Shown here piece by piece: positions 28,012-37,319 of a stretch of DNA of 54,163 bases. The stretch covers positions 1 to 54,163 of the IMG/VR virus record IMGVR_UViG_3300032223_000637; one strand, 5' to 3'. Numbering within the stretch: the first letter of the stretch is position 1; every line of letters starts with the position of its first letter. The notes under the pieces are model-generated. The model saw only the letters and a program-made list of their open reading frames with translations. It searched no databases and was not told the DNA's origin. A program made the translations under genes and the position numbers. The DNA comes from a virus. Lineage: Duplodnaviria > Caudoviricetes.

Positions 28012-29889
28012 ATGGACGCAAGAAACAACATAGCCACCGATTTATTCTATAAAATTAGAAGCCGTTTCACCGGGTTAAAACTAGGTGAAGAAACTGGGCA
28101 GATCACAATCAACCCAGAAGAAGCAAGATTCTTTGATTTTGATTATATGGAAGGCGAAAAACCAATCGGACACGTTAGTATTAGCCTAGCTGAACCCAAT
28201 TCAATGAAGGTTTATTTCAGCCACGGCATTACAGAAGCTATGGATGGCGCACAAAAAGATAACTGGTACGGTTTCTTGAAAGAATTAAGAATGTTTGCCA
28301 AGCGCAGACTATTGAATTTTGACACACGTGATATTGCCAAGGACAATCTTGATAAGCGAGATTATGAATTTTTAAGTCAATATTCACAACCAAAACCAAC
28401 ATCAAACGATATGATAACTACACCCGTCGGAGAAAGCATTATGGCAGAAAGCAGCTTATATGGCACAAAAACTATGAGCTATCAAAAGCTAATGGACACA
28501 AGATTGATTATTAAACACAGTCAAGCATTAGCAGATGATATGGTACCAGGAGCACGTTCAAGAAACATTTCAGCATTGTTTGTTGAAAACCAAGACGGCG
28601 AACGTTTTAAATATCCTTTCATTCACCTAGCAGGCGCTCGTGCAATGCAACGTCACGTAGCCAATGGCGGTAAGCCATATGATGCGATAGGTGAAAGCAT
28701 TATTAAGATGAGCGAGGAAATTGCTCAACTAAGAAGTTTCAGCAACTATGTTGTTCGTAATGATTTGATGAATAGTCAAACCAATAATATCGTTGAACGT
28801 AGTACAGGCGCATTAGATCACTTACGCGATCAAATTAAAAATCTATCAAAACAAAGTCACTACGAGGCATACAGAGAAAGTTTCCAGGCACAAACACCAA
28901 TGGAAGTTCCACAAGACGTAGTAGAAGATTTCACAGAAAAATTCACAGTTAAGAATTTTAAAGAAGATATCGCTTCAGTATTTCCAGTACTGTATCGCCT
29001 AATGAAAGAAAGCGAAGTAGGCTACTCCGACATAGTCGCAATGACCACACACGATGAAATAGCAAATGAAGAACAAGAACCTACAAATTACGATCCATTT
29101 GCCAAGTTTGAAGCTTGGGCAATGGGTTTAGGCGAAGATAGCGCAATCCAAAGCCAAGATCCTGAAGAACAACAGGCGGCAATGCAACAGTTACAAGAAC
29201 TAGTGAGTCAACATTTTCCAGCAGGCGTAGATGGCAATAACGCTATCCAAAGCCTAAAAGGAATCATTGAAGATCCACAATTAGATCAGGCTATCAAAGA
29301 ACAGTCACAACAAGACCCAGACAGTTGCTGCAGAGGTCTAGTTAAAGATTGGTTAGAAGCAAACGCACCAGAGGTGTTAGAGCAATTAGATTTTGGTGAC
29401 TTTGTTGATGATCAAGATATGGACGGTCAACCAGATGGCGCACAAGCACCAGCTGAACCAACAGGCGGACAAGAACAACCAGCACAGCCAGAAGAAGAGG
29501 CAGCTGATCCTAATCATCCAGAATATGACAAACAAGATGATTACGATTTACCTCCGTCTGCAAGAGGCAAAGGCACAGACAAGTATAGATTACCAGATAC
29601 CAAAAAACACGATGACCGTCACGCTCGTGATTTCCGCAAGCGTTCAGGTCAAGAAGAATCAATGGATATCAAAGAAATTGCAGAATTTGTACATAGCTTC
29701 TATGACAAAGATTCAGGCACATTCCCTAAAGGGCCAGAAGGCGTTGCAGTTATGGTAGGCAAGAAGTTTGGAGAACAGGCTGAGCAAGTAGCTCGTAAAT
29801 TCGTAGAAAGAATGGCTCCACATCAAACAACTGAGCAAAATCCAGAATTACAAGAATTAATGCGCATCAAAGAATTATCAGGCATTTAA
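28012..29889 (+). CDS. Large hypothetical late protein with an acidic C-terminal half
   Basis: ATG 28012 lies 5 nt after TAAATA(28001-28006); ends ELMRIKELSGI. Confidence 0.75.
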   Translation: MDARNNIATDLFYKIRSRFTGLKLGEETGQITINPEEARFFDFDYMEGEKPIGHVSISLAEPNSMKVYFSHGITEAMDGAQKDNWYGFLKELRMFAKRRLLNFDTRDIAKDNLDKRDYEFLSQYSQPKPTSNDMITTPVGESIMAESSLYGTKTMSYQKLMDTRLIIKHSQALADDMVPGARSRNISALFVENQDGERFKYPFIHLAGARAMQRHVANGGKPYDAIGESIIKMSEEIAQLRSFSNYVVRNDLMNSQTNNIVERSTGALDHLRDQIKNLSKQSHYEAYRESFQAQTPMEVPQDVVEDFTEKFTVKNFKEDIASVFPVLYRLMKESEVGYSDIVAMTTHDEIANEEQEPTNYDPFAKFEAWAMGLGEDSAIQSQDPEEQQAAMQQLQELVSQHFPAGVDGNNAIQSLKGIIEDPQLDQAIKEQSQQDPDSCCRGLVKDWLEANAPEVLEQLDFGDFVDDQDMDGQPDGAQAPAEPTGGQEQPAQPEEEAADPNHPEYDKQDDYDLPPSARGKGTDKYRLPDTKKHDDRHARDFRKRSGQEESMDIKEIAEFVHSFYDKDSGTFPKGPEGVAVMVGKKFGEQAEQVARKFVERMAPHQTTEQNPELQELMRIKELSGI

Positions 29890-29927
29890 AGATTGTTCGT
29901 TGCGGTTAGGGTGGATTAAGCACCCGG

Positions 29928-29956
29928 AAGAAGGGCACTAGGTGCCCTTTCTTTTT
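29928..29956 (+). terminator. Rho-independent terminator
   Basis: aagaagggcac-tag-gtgccctttcttttt. Confidence 0.85.
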
Positions 29957-30063
29957 GGACAAATTAAATTAAACTTTATTGTCAACGTTTAGTCCTACTA
30001 GAGCGTTATATATATACGCAGGGAAGATTCTTTGCGTACAACAACCATAAAGGAAACTTTAAA

Positions 30064-30264
30064 ATGAAAAAAGTAATCGCAATTTTCGCAACATTGTTCG
30101 CAGTATCAGCTTTTGCAGCAGATGCTCCTAAAGCACCAGCAGCAGCTCCAGCAGCAAGCGCCCCAGCGAAAGCAGAGGTTAAGCCTGTCAAAAGCGAAAA
30201 GAAAGAACATAAAAAGGCTGAGTCAAAAGCCGCTACTGCTCCTACAGCACCAGCAGCTAAGTGA
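30064..30264 (+). CDS. Small secreted Ala/Pro/Lys-rich protein
   Basis: Sec signal peptide MKKVIAIFATLFAVSAFA/A; AAGGA SD; low-complexity mature region. Confidence 0.85.
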   Translation: MKKVIAIFATLFAVSAFAADAPKAPAAAPAASAPAKAEVKPVKSEKKEHKKAESKAATAPTAPAAK

Positions 30265-30419
30265 TGATGATGACGTCATTGTCGACGATGACGTTACATT
30301 TGGTCGCAATCGAAGAGCTTACGAATTTGGTAAACTTGTACACGAAGAAGCAGTTTTATCAGAGTATGTAAAATTTAGATTGTGGCTAGCAAGACAATTA
30401 GCGTTAGCTAAGTATCAGG

Positions 30420-30448
30420 AAAAGTGGGCTTGACCCACTTTTTCTTTT
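30420..30448 (+). terminator. Rho-independent terminator
   Basis: aaaagtggg-cttga-cccactttttctttt. Confidence 0.8.
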
Positions 30449-30483
30449 GGTGAAAAATAGTCAAAATTATTTCAAGAAATGTG

Positions 30484-30512
30484 TTGACTTTACTAAATAA
30501 AAAGCACATAAT
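30484..30512 (+). promoter_or_regulatory. Composite promoter for gp32: sigma70-type with a nested late TAAATA
   Basis: TTGACT-17 nt-CATAAT; TAAATA at 30494-30499 inside the spacer. Confidence 0.65.
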
Positions 30513-30568
30513 AATAACTGTGCATAAGGCATATAAACATTTTAGGCATAACATAGGAGGCATATAAA

Positions 30569-31543
30569 ATGGCTACATTAGCAGAAATTCGCGCTAAACT
30601 TCAAGAAGCGCAAGGTAAGTCCACAGGACAATCAAGCGGCGGCGACAACGCAATTTACCCCCACTGGAATATGCAAGAAGGCAAAGAAGCCGTAGTACGT
30701 TTCTTACCTGACGGCAATCCAAACAACACATTCTTCTGGGTTGAACGTGCAATGATTAAACTACCATTTGCAGGTATCAAAGGGGAAACAGACAGCAAAC
30801 AAGTTCAAGTACAAGTTCCTTGTGTGGAAATGTATAATGATGGTTCAGTATGTCCAATTCTTTCAGAAGTACGTGGCTGGTTTAAAGATAAATCATTAGA
30901 AGAAATGGGTCGTAAATATTGGAAGAAACGTTCATACATCTTCCAAGGCTTCATCGTTGAAGATCCGCTTAAAGAAGATAAGACACCAGAGAATCCAATC
31001 CGTAGATTCATCATCGGTCCTCAAATCTATCAAATCATCCGTTCAGCACTTATGGATCCAGAGTTGGAAGAATTGCCAACTGACTTTCTACGTGGTGTAG
31101 ATTTCCGTATCGCTAAGACATCAAAAGGTGGCTTTGCTGATTACTCTACAAGTAAATGGTCACGTCGTGAACGTGCTTTGACAGATATTGACAAGGCAGC
31201 GATTGAAGCTCACGGCTTGTTTAACTTGTCAGACTTCCTACCTAAGAAACCAACAGACGTTGAGTTGAAAGTTATGAAGGAAATGTTTGAAGCGTCAGTA
31301 GACGGTGAAGCATATGATATGGAACGTTGGGGTCAATACTTCAAACCAGCCGGTATGAGTGCCGCAACTGGTGATCCACATCGTGCAACTGCCAACACCG
31401 CAACTCCAGCGGCTCCAGCAAGTGAAGACTACGATGACGAGCCAGTAGCAAAGACAGCACCAGCGGCTGCTCCTAGCACTGCGTCAGCAGATAACAGTCG
31501 TGCCCAAGACATCTTGGCAATGATTCGTAATCGTCAAAAGTAA
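30569..31543 (+). CDS. gp32: Single-stranded DNA-binding protein
   Basis: AVVRFLPDG, C....CP, YWKKRSY, G.DF...KT..GGFADY..SKW, acidic tail. Confidence 0.9.
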   Translation: MATLAEIRAKLQEAQGKSTGQSSGGDNAIYPHWNMQEGKEAVVRFLPDGNPNNTFFWVERAMIKLPFAGIKGETDSKQVQVQVPCVEMYNDGSVCPILSEVRGWFKDKSLEEMGRKYWKKRSYIFQGFIVEDPLKEDKTPENPIRRFIIGPQIYQIIRSALMDPELEELPTDFLRGVDFRIAKTSKGGFADYSTSKWSRRERALTDIDKAAIEAHGLFNLSDFLPKKPTDVELKVMKEMFEASVDGEAYDMERWGQYFKPAGMSAATGDPHRATANTATPAAPASEDYDDEPVAKTAPAAAPSTASADNSRAQDILAMIRNRQK

Positions 31544-31551
31544 TATAAAGC

Positions 31552-31581
31552 AAGAGTGCGGGTAATCTCGCACTCTTATTC
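31552..31581 (+). terminator. Stem-loop, probable terminator or processing site
   Basis: aagagtgcggg-taat-ctcgcactctt. Confidence 0.65.
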
Positions 31582-31598
31582 ACTCTAGGAGAATAACA

Positions 31599-31790
31599 AT
31601 GGCAAAACTAACTAAACTTGCAAAAGTAAATGAATCTATCACTATCAATCGTTATGACAATGGTTGGATGGTAGAAGTGGGCGGTCGCGATGATGAAAGC
31701 GAATGGAAAAACGCTAAGATCCTTTGTAATACAGAAGAAGAAATGCTTGCTGTAGTACAAGAATGGAATACTATGGAGTTAGATCAATAA
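31599..31790 (+). CDS. Small hypothetical protein
   Basis: 63 aa; AGGAG SD; TAATG coupling to uvsX. Confidence 0.75.
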   Translation: MAKLTKLAKVNESITINRYDNGWMVEVGGRDDESEWKNAKILCNTEEEMLAVVQEWNTMELDQ

Positions 31791-32869
31791 TGGCTAAAGC
31801 ATTTGACATTTCTAAATTTAGAAAGTCAATCACTAAGTCTATTGAAGGTCTAAGTATTGGTTTTAACGATCCTAAAGATTGGGTTTCGACCAATAACTTT
31901 GCACTCAACTATTTGATTAGTGGCGACTTCTACAAAGGTATACCTTTAGGTAAAGTAACTGTATTCGCAGGCGAATCCGGCGCAGGTAAATCATTTATCT
32001 GTTCAGGTAATCTTGTTGCTAACGCACAGAAAGCAGGCATCTATCCTATCTTAATTGATACAGAAAATGCTCTAGACGAAGATTGGTTAAAGGCACTTGA
32101 TGTTGATACAAGCCCAGATAAGTTGTTGAAACTTAATATGGCAATGATCGACGATGTGGCTAAAACTATCACTGAGTTCGTTGCAGAATACAAAACAATG
32201 AACGAAGAAGATCGTCCAAAGATCTTGTTTGTTATTGACTCGCTAGGTATGTTGCTAACCCCAACAGACGTTAATCAGTTTGAAGCAGGTGATTTGAAAG
32301 GTGATATGGGCCGTAAGCCTAAAGCACTGACAGCACTGGTTCGTAACTGTGTTAATATGTTTGGTAGTTACAATATCGGTCTTGTAGCAACTAATCACAC
32401 ATACGCTTCACAAGATATGTTTGATCCAGATGACAAGATCAGTGGTGGTCAAGGCTTTATCTATGCAAGTTCGATTGTAGTAGCAATGCGCAAATTGAAA
32501 CTTAAAGAAGATGAAGATGGTAATAAGATTTCAGAAGTCAAGGGTATTCGTGCCGCCTGTAAGGTAATGAAGACACGCTACGCTAAACCTTTTGAAAGTG
32601 TACAAGTAAAAATTCCTTACGAAACAGGTATGAATCCATATAGTGGACTGGTCGACTTGTTTGAAGGCAAAGGGTTGCTCAAGAAGGAAGGAAATAGCCT
32701 TGTATACACAACTGCTGATGGGGAGATCATCAAACAGTTCCGCAAAGCCTGGGAAAGAAATGAAAATGAAGGACTTGATAAAGTTATGCAAGACATTTCT
32801 AAACACGGTGAAAAATCCGTTTCAGAGATAACTACTACAGTTGAACCTGAAACGGAGGGAGCTGAATGA
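31790..32869 (+). CDS. uvsX: RecA-like recombinase
   Basis: AGESGAGKS Walker A, IDTENA, VIDSLG, TNHTY, SGGQG; start moved to ATG 31790. Confidence 0.95.
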   Translation: MAKAFDISKFRKSITKSIEGLSIGFNDPKDWVSTNNFALNYLISGDFYKGIPLGKVTVFAGESGAGKSFICSGNLVANAQKAGIYPILIDTENALDEDWLKALDVDTSPDKLLKLNMAMIDDVAKTITEFVAEYKTMNEEDRPKILFVIDSLGMLLTPTDVNQFEAGDLKGDMGRKPKALTALVRNCVNMFGSYNIGLVATNHTYASQDMFDPDDKISGGQGFIYASSIVVAMRKLKLKEDEDGNKISEVKGIRAACKVMKTRYAKPFESVQVKIPYETGMNPYSGLVDLFEGKGLLKKEGNSLVYTTADGEIIKQFRKAWERNENEGLDKVMQDISKHGEKSVSEITTTVEPETEGAE

Positions 32870-33108
32870 AGGACGACTTAATTGCCGATCTTTGGAATAT
32901 TGTTTCTGAACATATTCCAGAAAAACAAAAGAAAGATGTATCCGCAGACTTTGTAAATGCCTTGTTAGATCACGGTATCAAAGAGTCTGTTTTAGATAAC
33001 TTACTTGGAATCGATCCTTACCTAGACCAAGCCATTGAGTATGCAACTGATGGCGATGACTATGGTGAAGATGAAGGTGACGAGTATGACGATTATGATG
33101 AGGCTTAA
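32866..33108 (+). CDS. Small acidic hypothetical protein
   Basis: 80 aa; translationally coupled on both sides. Confidence 0.75.
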   Translation: MKDDLIADLWNIVSEHIPEKQKKDVSADFVNALLDHGIKESVLDNLLGIDPYLDQAIEYATDGDDYGEDEGDEYDDYDEA

Positions 33109-33563
33109 TGAACTGGTACGATAAAGTTTCTAAGGATATTAGTAATATCCCAGATGCCGTGGCTTATTATGAAGCCGAATTACAGGCAGCAAAAGTAGAT
33201 ACTCGCATAGCGGGAAACTTAGAGAAAGCTGCTGCTAATATGCCTGGCATTGTAGAAAACCGATTCAACCAGCTTCAAGAAATCGAAGCGATTCTAGAGT
33301 ATTTGAATATTGAATTGCGTCGACTCAGAAGCAGTCATTTTCGTAAGTATCTTGAAAACTATCAAAGGTCCTTGTCTTCTAGAGACTGTGAAAAGTTTGT
33401 AGAAGGCGAGGCCGATGTAGTTGATTTTGAAAAAATTATCAATGACTTTGCCTTATTACGCAACAAATGGCTAGGCATTATCAAAGCACTTGACATTAAA
33501 CAATGGCAAGTATCTAACATCGTTAAACTAAGAACTGCTGGTCTGGAAGACGCTACCCTATAA
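33108..33563 (+). CDS. uvsY: Recombination mediator, UvsY-like
   Basis: Coiled coil, KFVEGEADV, GIIKALDIKQWQVSNIVKLR.AG C-terminus; near uvsX. Confidence 0.75.
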   Translation: MNWYDKVSKDISNIPDAVAYYEAELQAAKVDTRIAGNLEKAAANMPGIVENRFNQLQEIEAILEYLNIELRRLRSSHFRKYLENYQRSLSSRDCEKFVEGEADVVDFEKIINDFALLRNKWLGIIKALDIKQWQVSNIVKLRTAGLEDATL

Positions 33564-33573
33564 AGTACGTAGA

Positions 33574-33579
33574 TAAATA
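33574..33579 (+). promoter_or_regulatory. Late-promoter core TAAATA heading the glycan operon
   Basis: gaTAAATAt followed by a GGAG SD and ATG 33594. Confidence 0.55.
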
Positions 33580-33593
33580 TCTTGGGAGAGCTT

Positions 33594-34208
33594 ATGAAAG
33601 AACCAAGATTAACTAGAGTATTTTTTGATAGTATATGGCAAGGGCCTCCGGGGTTCTACGTTGAAATCGGTGCGTGGGATGGTCGAAGAAAGAACAGTAC
33701 CATTTTGCTTGAGAAGGCAGGATGGGATGGTGTTTGTATCGAAGCATCTCCTGTAAGCTACCAACAATTAATCAAAAATAGAAAATGCCGCTGTCTTAAT
33801 GTAGCGGTATATGATCGCGACGGCGAAGTAGATTTTGCTGTATTTCCAGATAGACCAGAATGGAATGGCATCATCGAAACCTACGATGCACTGCATATGG
33901 AACTCTTTGAAAGCGATGAGCCTAGGAGAGGATCTCGTTCGTCTGATGCTACTGAACTAATCAAAGTTCCCTGCAAGTCGTGGAATAGTTTAGAGCTCCC
34001 GTCACATATTGATTATCTTCAAATTGACGTTGAAGGCGCCGAATTAGCAATACTTCAATGTATCGATTGGTCAACTACAACTATAAAATATATCTGTCTA
34101 GAAGATAACAATAGACACAAAGGTTTTACAGATTATCAAGATTTTATGGAAAGCATCGGCTATCACGCAATCGCTAGTCAACACGTGGATTGGTTATATA
34201 CAAAATGA
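33594..34208 (+). CDS. FkbM-family SAM-dependent methyltransferase
   Basis: FYVEIGAWDG..SN-like T..LE..GW.G.CIE, IDYLQIDVEGAE. Confidence 0.88.
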   Translation: MKEPRLTRVFFDSIWQGPPGFYVEIGAWDGRRKNSTILLEKAGWDGVCIEASPVSYQQLIKNRKCRCLNVAVYDRDGEVDFAVFPDRPEWNGIIETYDALHMELFESDEPRRGSRSSDATELIKVPCKSWNSLELPSHIDYLQIDVEGAELAILQCIDWSTTTIKYICLEDNNRHKGFTDYQDFMESIGYHAIASQHVDWLYTK

Positions 34209-34966
34209 AAAAGATCGTACTCATCACAGGCGGATTTGATCCTATACACTCAGGACACATTTCCTATATCAAAGAAGCAAAATCACTAGGTGATATTCTA
34301 GTCGTAGGCATCAACAGCGATGCTTGGCTAGAACGTAAAAAAGGTCGGGCGTTTATGCCTTATCGTGAACGATCGGCAGTGATTCATAATATTATAGGAG
34401 TTGACTTTGTTATCGATTTCGACGACAGCGATGGCTCCGCAAAACACGCAATCGAAATGGTTCGTAAAAGTTATCCTACAGATCAAATCATTTTTGCCAA
34501 CGGCGGGGATCGCACACATTTAGATATTCCGGAAATGGATATCAAAGATGATAATTTAATCTTTGCATTTGGTGTCGGTGGCTTTGACAAACAAAATTCC
34601 AGTCGTTGGATTTTACAAGAATGGAAAGCACCTAAGACAGAAAGACCTTGGGGATACTATCGTGTACTTCACGAAGTACCTGGTATGAAAGTCAAAGAAC
34701 TAACAATTAATCCAGGACAAAAGCTCAGTATGCAACGACATCAATTTCGTGCAGAATACTGGATTGTCAGTGAAGGTCGTGCTAATGTTAACAGTATAAT
34801 GCCTGGTGGTTATTCATTACCAACGACTGAATTAGCAAAGCACGAGGAATACAAAGTACCAGTTAACGAATGGCATCAACTGTGCAACACCAGCGATGAA
34901 CCGGTTAAGATTGTAGAAATACAATACGGAGAACAGTGTATAGAAGAGGATATCGAACGCAAATGA
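34205..34966 (+). CDS. Cytidylyltransferase-like domain fused to a mannose-6-phosphate-isomerase-type cupin
   Basis: TGGFDPIHSGH (HxGH), VGINSD, NGGDR; C-terminal RPWG, LSMQRH..RAEYW, WHQL.N, EIQYG..EEDIER. Confidence 0.88.
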   Translation: MKKIVLITGGFDPIHSGHISYIKEAKSLGDILVVGINSDAWLERKKGRAFMPYRERSAVIHNIIGVDFVIDFDDSDGSAKHAIEMVRKSYPTDQIIFANGGDRTHLDIPEMDIKDDNLIFAFGVGGFDKQNSSRWILQEWKAPKTERPWGYYRVLHEVPGMKVKELTINPGQKLSMQRHQFRAEYWIVSEGRANVNSIMPGGYSLPTTELAKHEEYKVPVNEWHQLCNTSDEPVKIVEIQYGEQCIEEDIERK

Positions 34967-35646
34967 TACCAGTGTTTATTGGCTACGATCCTAGAGAAGC
35001 TATAGCTTTCCACGTCTGTGTCAATAGTATTATTAGACACGCAAGTCAACCTGTGCAGATTATTCCTGTGGCATTAAATCTTTTTAAAGATTACACAGAA
35101 TCACACAATGACGGAAGTAATACTTTTATATACAGTAGATTTTTAGTTCCGTATTTGATGCATTGGCAGGACTGGGCGATCTTCATCGACGGTGATATGA
35201 TTGTTCGAGACGACATCGTAAAACTTTGGGAACTAAGAGAACTAGACAAAGATGTAATGGTTGTCAAACACGATTATAAGACTAAGATGAAAACAAAATA
35301 TCTTGGTTCAAAGAATGAAGACTATCCAAGAAAGAACTGGTCTAGTGTTATACTTTGGAATTGCAGTAGCTTTCCTAATAGAAAACTCACTCCGGAGTTT
35401 GTACAAAATTCACCAGGATCTGTGCTACATAGATTCAGTTGGATCGACGATAGTCGCATCGGAGAACTTCCGAAAGAGTGGAATTGGTTGCCAGACGAGT
35501 ATGGTCCTAATCCAGATGCCAAGCTGCTACACTATACACTAGGCACACCTAGTTTCCACGAGTTTGCTACAACGCCAATGGGTGACGAATGGCATAGAGA
35601 GCGAATTTTTACCGAATACTGCCAGCAAAATGATCTTCCTAAGTAA
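34963..35646 (+). CDS. Glycosyltransferase (GT-A, GT8-like)
   Basis: VFIGYDPRE, F.YSRFLVP, FIDGDM (DxD), YPRKNWSSV, WNWL, HYTLG.P. Confidence 0.85.
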   Translation: MIPVFIGYDPREAIAFHVCVNSIIRHASQPVQIIPVALNLFKDYTESHNDGSNTFIYSRFLVPYLMHWQDWAIFIDGDMIVRDDIVKLWELRELDKDVMVVKHDYKTKMKTKYLGSKNEDYPRKNWSSVILWNCSSFPNRKLTPEFVQNSPGSVLHRFSWIDDSRIGELPKEWNWLPDEYGPNPDAKLLHYTLGTPSFHEFATTPMGDEWHRERIFTEYCQQNDLPK

Positions 35647-36406
35647 AGATGGAGTTGACGAATACGTCAATATGTTTGCCCGAGGTATGGGGTGCGAGCC
35701 TACTGATACCAATGATTTTGTCTATGAAGATAGCAGTGATCCTATTGTGTTACGTGGAATACTTAAACACAAGATAATGAAACAGTGTTGGGCCGATGGC
35801 CGAGATTTCTACTACATCGATACTGGGTATTTTGGCAACGAAGGCACGTGGAAATATTGGCATAGGATCGTAAAAAATAATCTACAACACGGTGAAATCA
35901 TTACAAGACCCGATGATAGATTTAAAAAATTCAACAAGACATTTCAACCTTGGAAGAAGAATGGCAGTAAAATTCTAATTGCTAAACCAGACGAAAAACC
36001 CTGCAAGTTCTATAATATTGACCTAGACAAGTGGGTAGAACAAACTGTTGATAACATTAAGAAATACACCGACAGACCAGTAGTAGTACGTGAACGAGCA
36101 CCGAAAAGAATAGATAGAATCAAAACTGATACTCTACAAGAAGCCTTAGACAATGATGTGTTTGCTCTTGTAACATTTAACAGTGTAGCTGCGGTAGAGA
36201 GTGTTTTTCACGGTATACCGGCATTTACACTTGCACCAGCAAATGCCGCAAGTCCAGTGGCTCTACAAGATCTAAGTCTAATAGAAAATCCATACTATCC
36301 AGATTATGATAAATTATATGCTTGGGGTTGTCATTTAGCCTACGGACAATTTCACGTTAATGAATTGAAAGATGGATCGGCAATGAGGATATTATTAGAT
36401 GAGTAA
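35630..36406 (+). CDS. GT-B-like protein resembling capsule-synthesis (KpsS/KpsC-like) domains
   Basis: YIDTGYF, TDRPVVVR, LVTFNSVAAVES...GIP; paralog of 36399..37319 and 38908..39744. Confidence 0.55.
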   Translation: MIFLSKDGVDEYVNMFARGMGCEPTDTNDFVYEDSSDPIVLRGILKHKIMKQCWADGRDFYYIDTGYFGNEGTWKYWHRIVKNNLQHGEIITRPDDRFKKFNKTFQPWKKNGSKILIAKPDEKPCKFYNIDLDKWVEQTVDNIKKYTDRPVVVRERAPKRIDRIKTDTLQEALDNDVFALVTFNSVAAVESVFHGIPAFTLAPANAASPVALQDLSLIENPYYPDYDKLYAWGCHLAYGQFHVNELKDGSAMRILLDE

Positions 36407-37319
36407 AACTGTAGCAGTCTATTATGCTGGCATTCCTCCTAACAATACTAATCTTGAAAAAAGATATGTGTTAGAAAAATTTGCACAAGGAGTGCGTACT
36501 TCTGACGACAATGTAAAAGAAGAAAATGGAATGACTTATTATCCCACTGATCTTGCAGTGATACAAGGTTGGGTACACGAAAACAGCAAAGGTACTCCTC
36601 ATTTAAATTTTAGAAATCACGTTATTACAGAACAGTCTCGTGCCGGAAATCATACACTGGCCATTGACAGCAATTTGTTTTTATATAGAGATCCTGGAAA
36701 CACTCAAACATATCTAAGATTTAGTTTAGATGGAATTTTTCCAACGACTGGTTGCTATTTTAATGACACAGTTAATGACACACAGTGGAACAAAATAAAA
36801 CGTGATCTAAACATAGATTTAAAACCGTGGAGACGCAATGACGGCTACATACTTCTTTGCTTACAAAGAAATGGCGGCTGGTCTATGAAAGGATTAAACG
36901 TTATGCAGTGGATGTACGACACTGTTGGGGAGATCCGCAAGCATACCGATAGGGATATCATAGTTAGAGGCCATCCAGGTGATAGATCCAAGAAACACTA
37001 TCTTAAATTTAACATACCGGGCGTTCACCTTAGCAGAAATGAAAATATTTTAGATGATTTTGCCAATGCCTGGGCTACCGTTACATACAATAGTTCTCCA
37101 GGAGTGGCCAGTGCCATCGAAGGAATTCCGGTCTTTGTCACAGACCCTACTCCAAAAAACAGTCAGGCATACGATGTGGCAAATTTGAATTTGGGAGACA
37201 TCGAAAAACCGTTATTACCTCAACGAGAAGAGTGGATTAAGAAAATTAGTATGAGTCATTTCAGTTTTAGAGATTTAGAATCAGGAGAAGCCTGGAAAAT
37301 TATTCGAGAATACCTATGA
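36399..37319 (+). CDS. GT-B-like protein (KpsS/KpsC-like)
   Basis: ILLCLQ, TDRDIIVRGHP, VTYNSSPGVASAIEGIPVF. Confidence 0.58.
   Translation: MSKTVAVYYAGIPPNNTNLEKRYVLEKFAQGVRTSDDNVKEENGMTYYPTDLAVIQGWVHENSKGTPHLNFRNHVITEQSRAGNHTLAIDSNLFLYRDPGNTQTYLRFSLDGIFPTTGCYFNDTVNDTQWNKIKRDLNIDLKPWRRNDGYILLCLQRNGGWSMKGLNVMQWMYDTVGEIRKHTDRDIIVRGHPGDRSKKHYLKFNIPGVHLSRNENILDDFANAWATVTYNSSPGVASAIEGIPVFVTDPTPKNSQAYDVANLNLGDIEKPLLPQREEWIKKISMSHFSFRDLESGEAWKIIREYL

Noticed and set aside
29880-29930. Possible SAM-V/SAM-II-like riboswitch (aggcatttaa...)
   Set aside because: The resemblance is only the end of the upstream CDS; no complementary stem or pseudoknot is visible and a terminator follows
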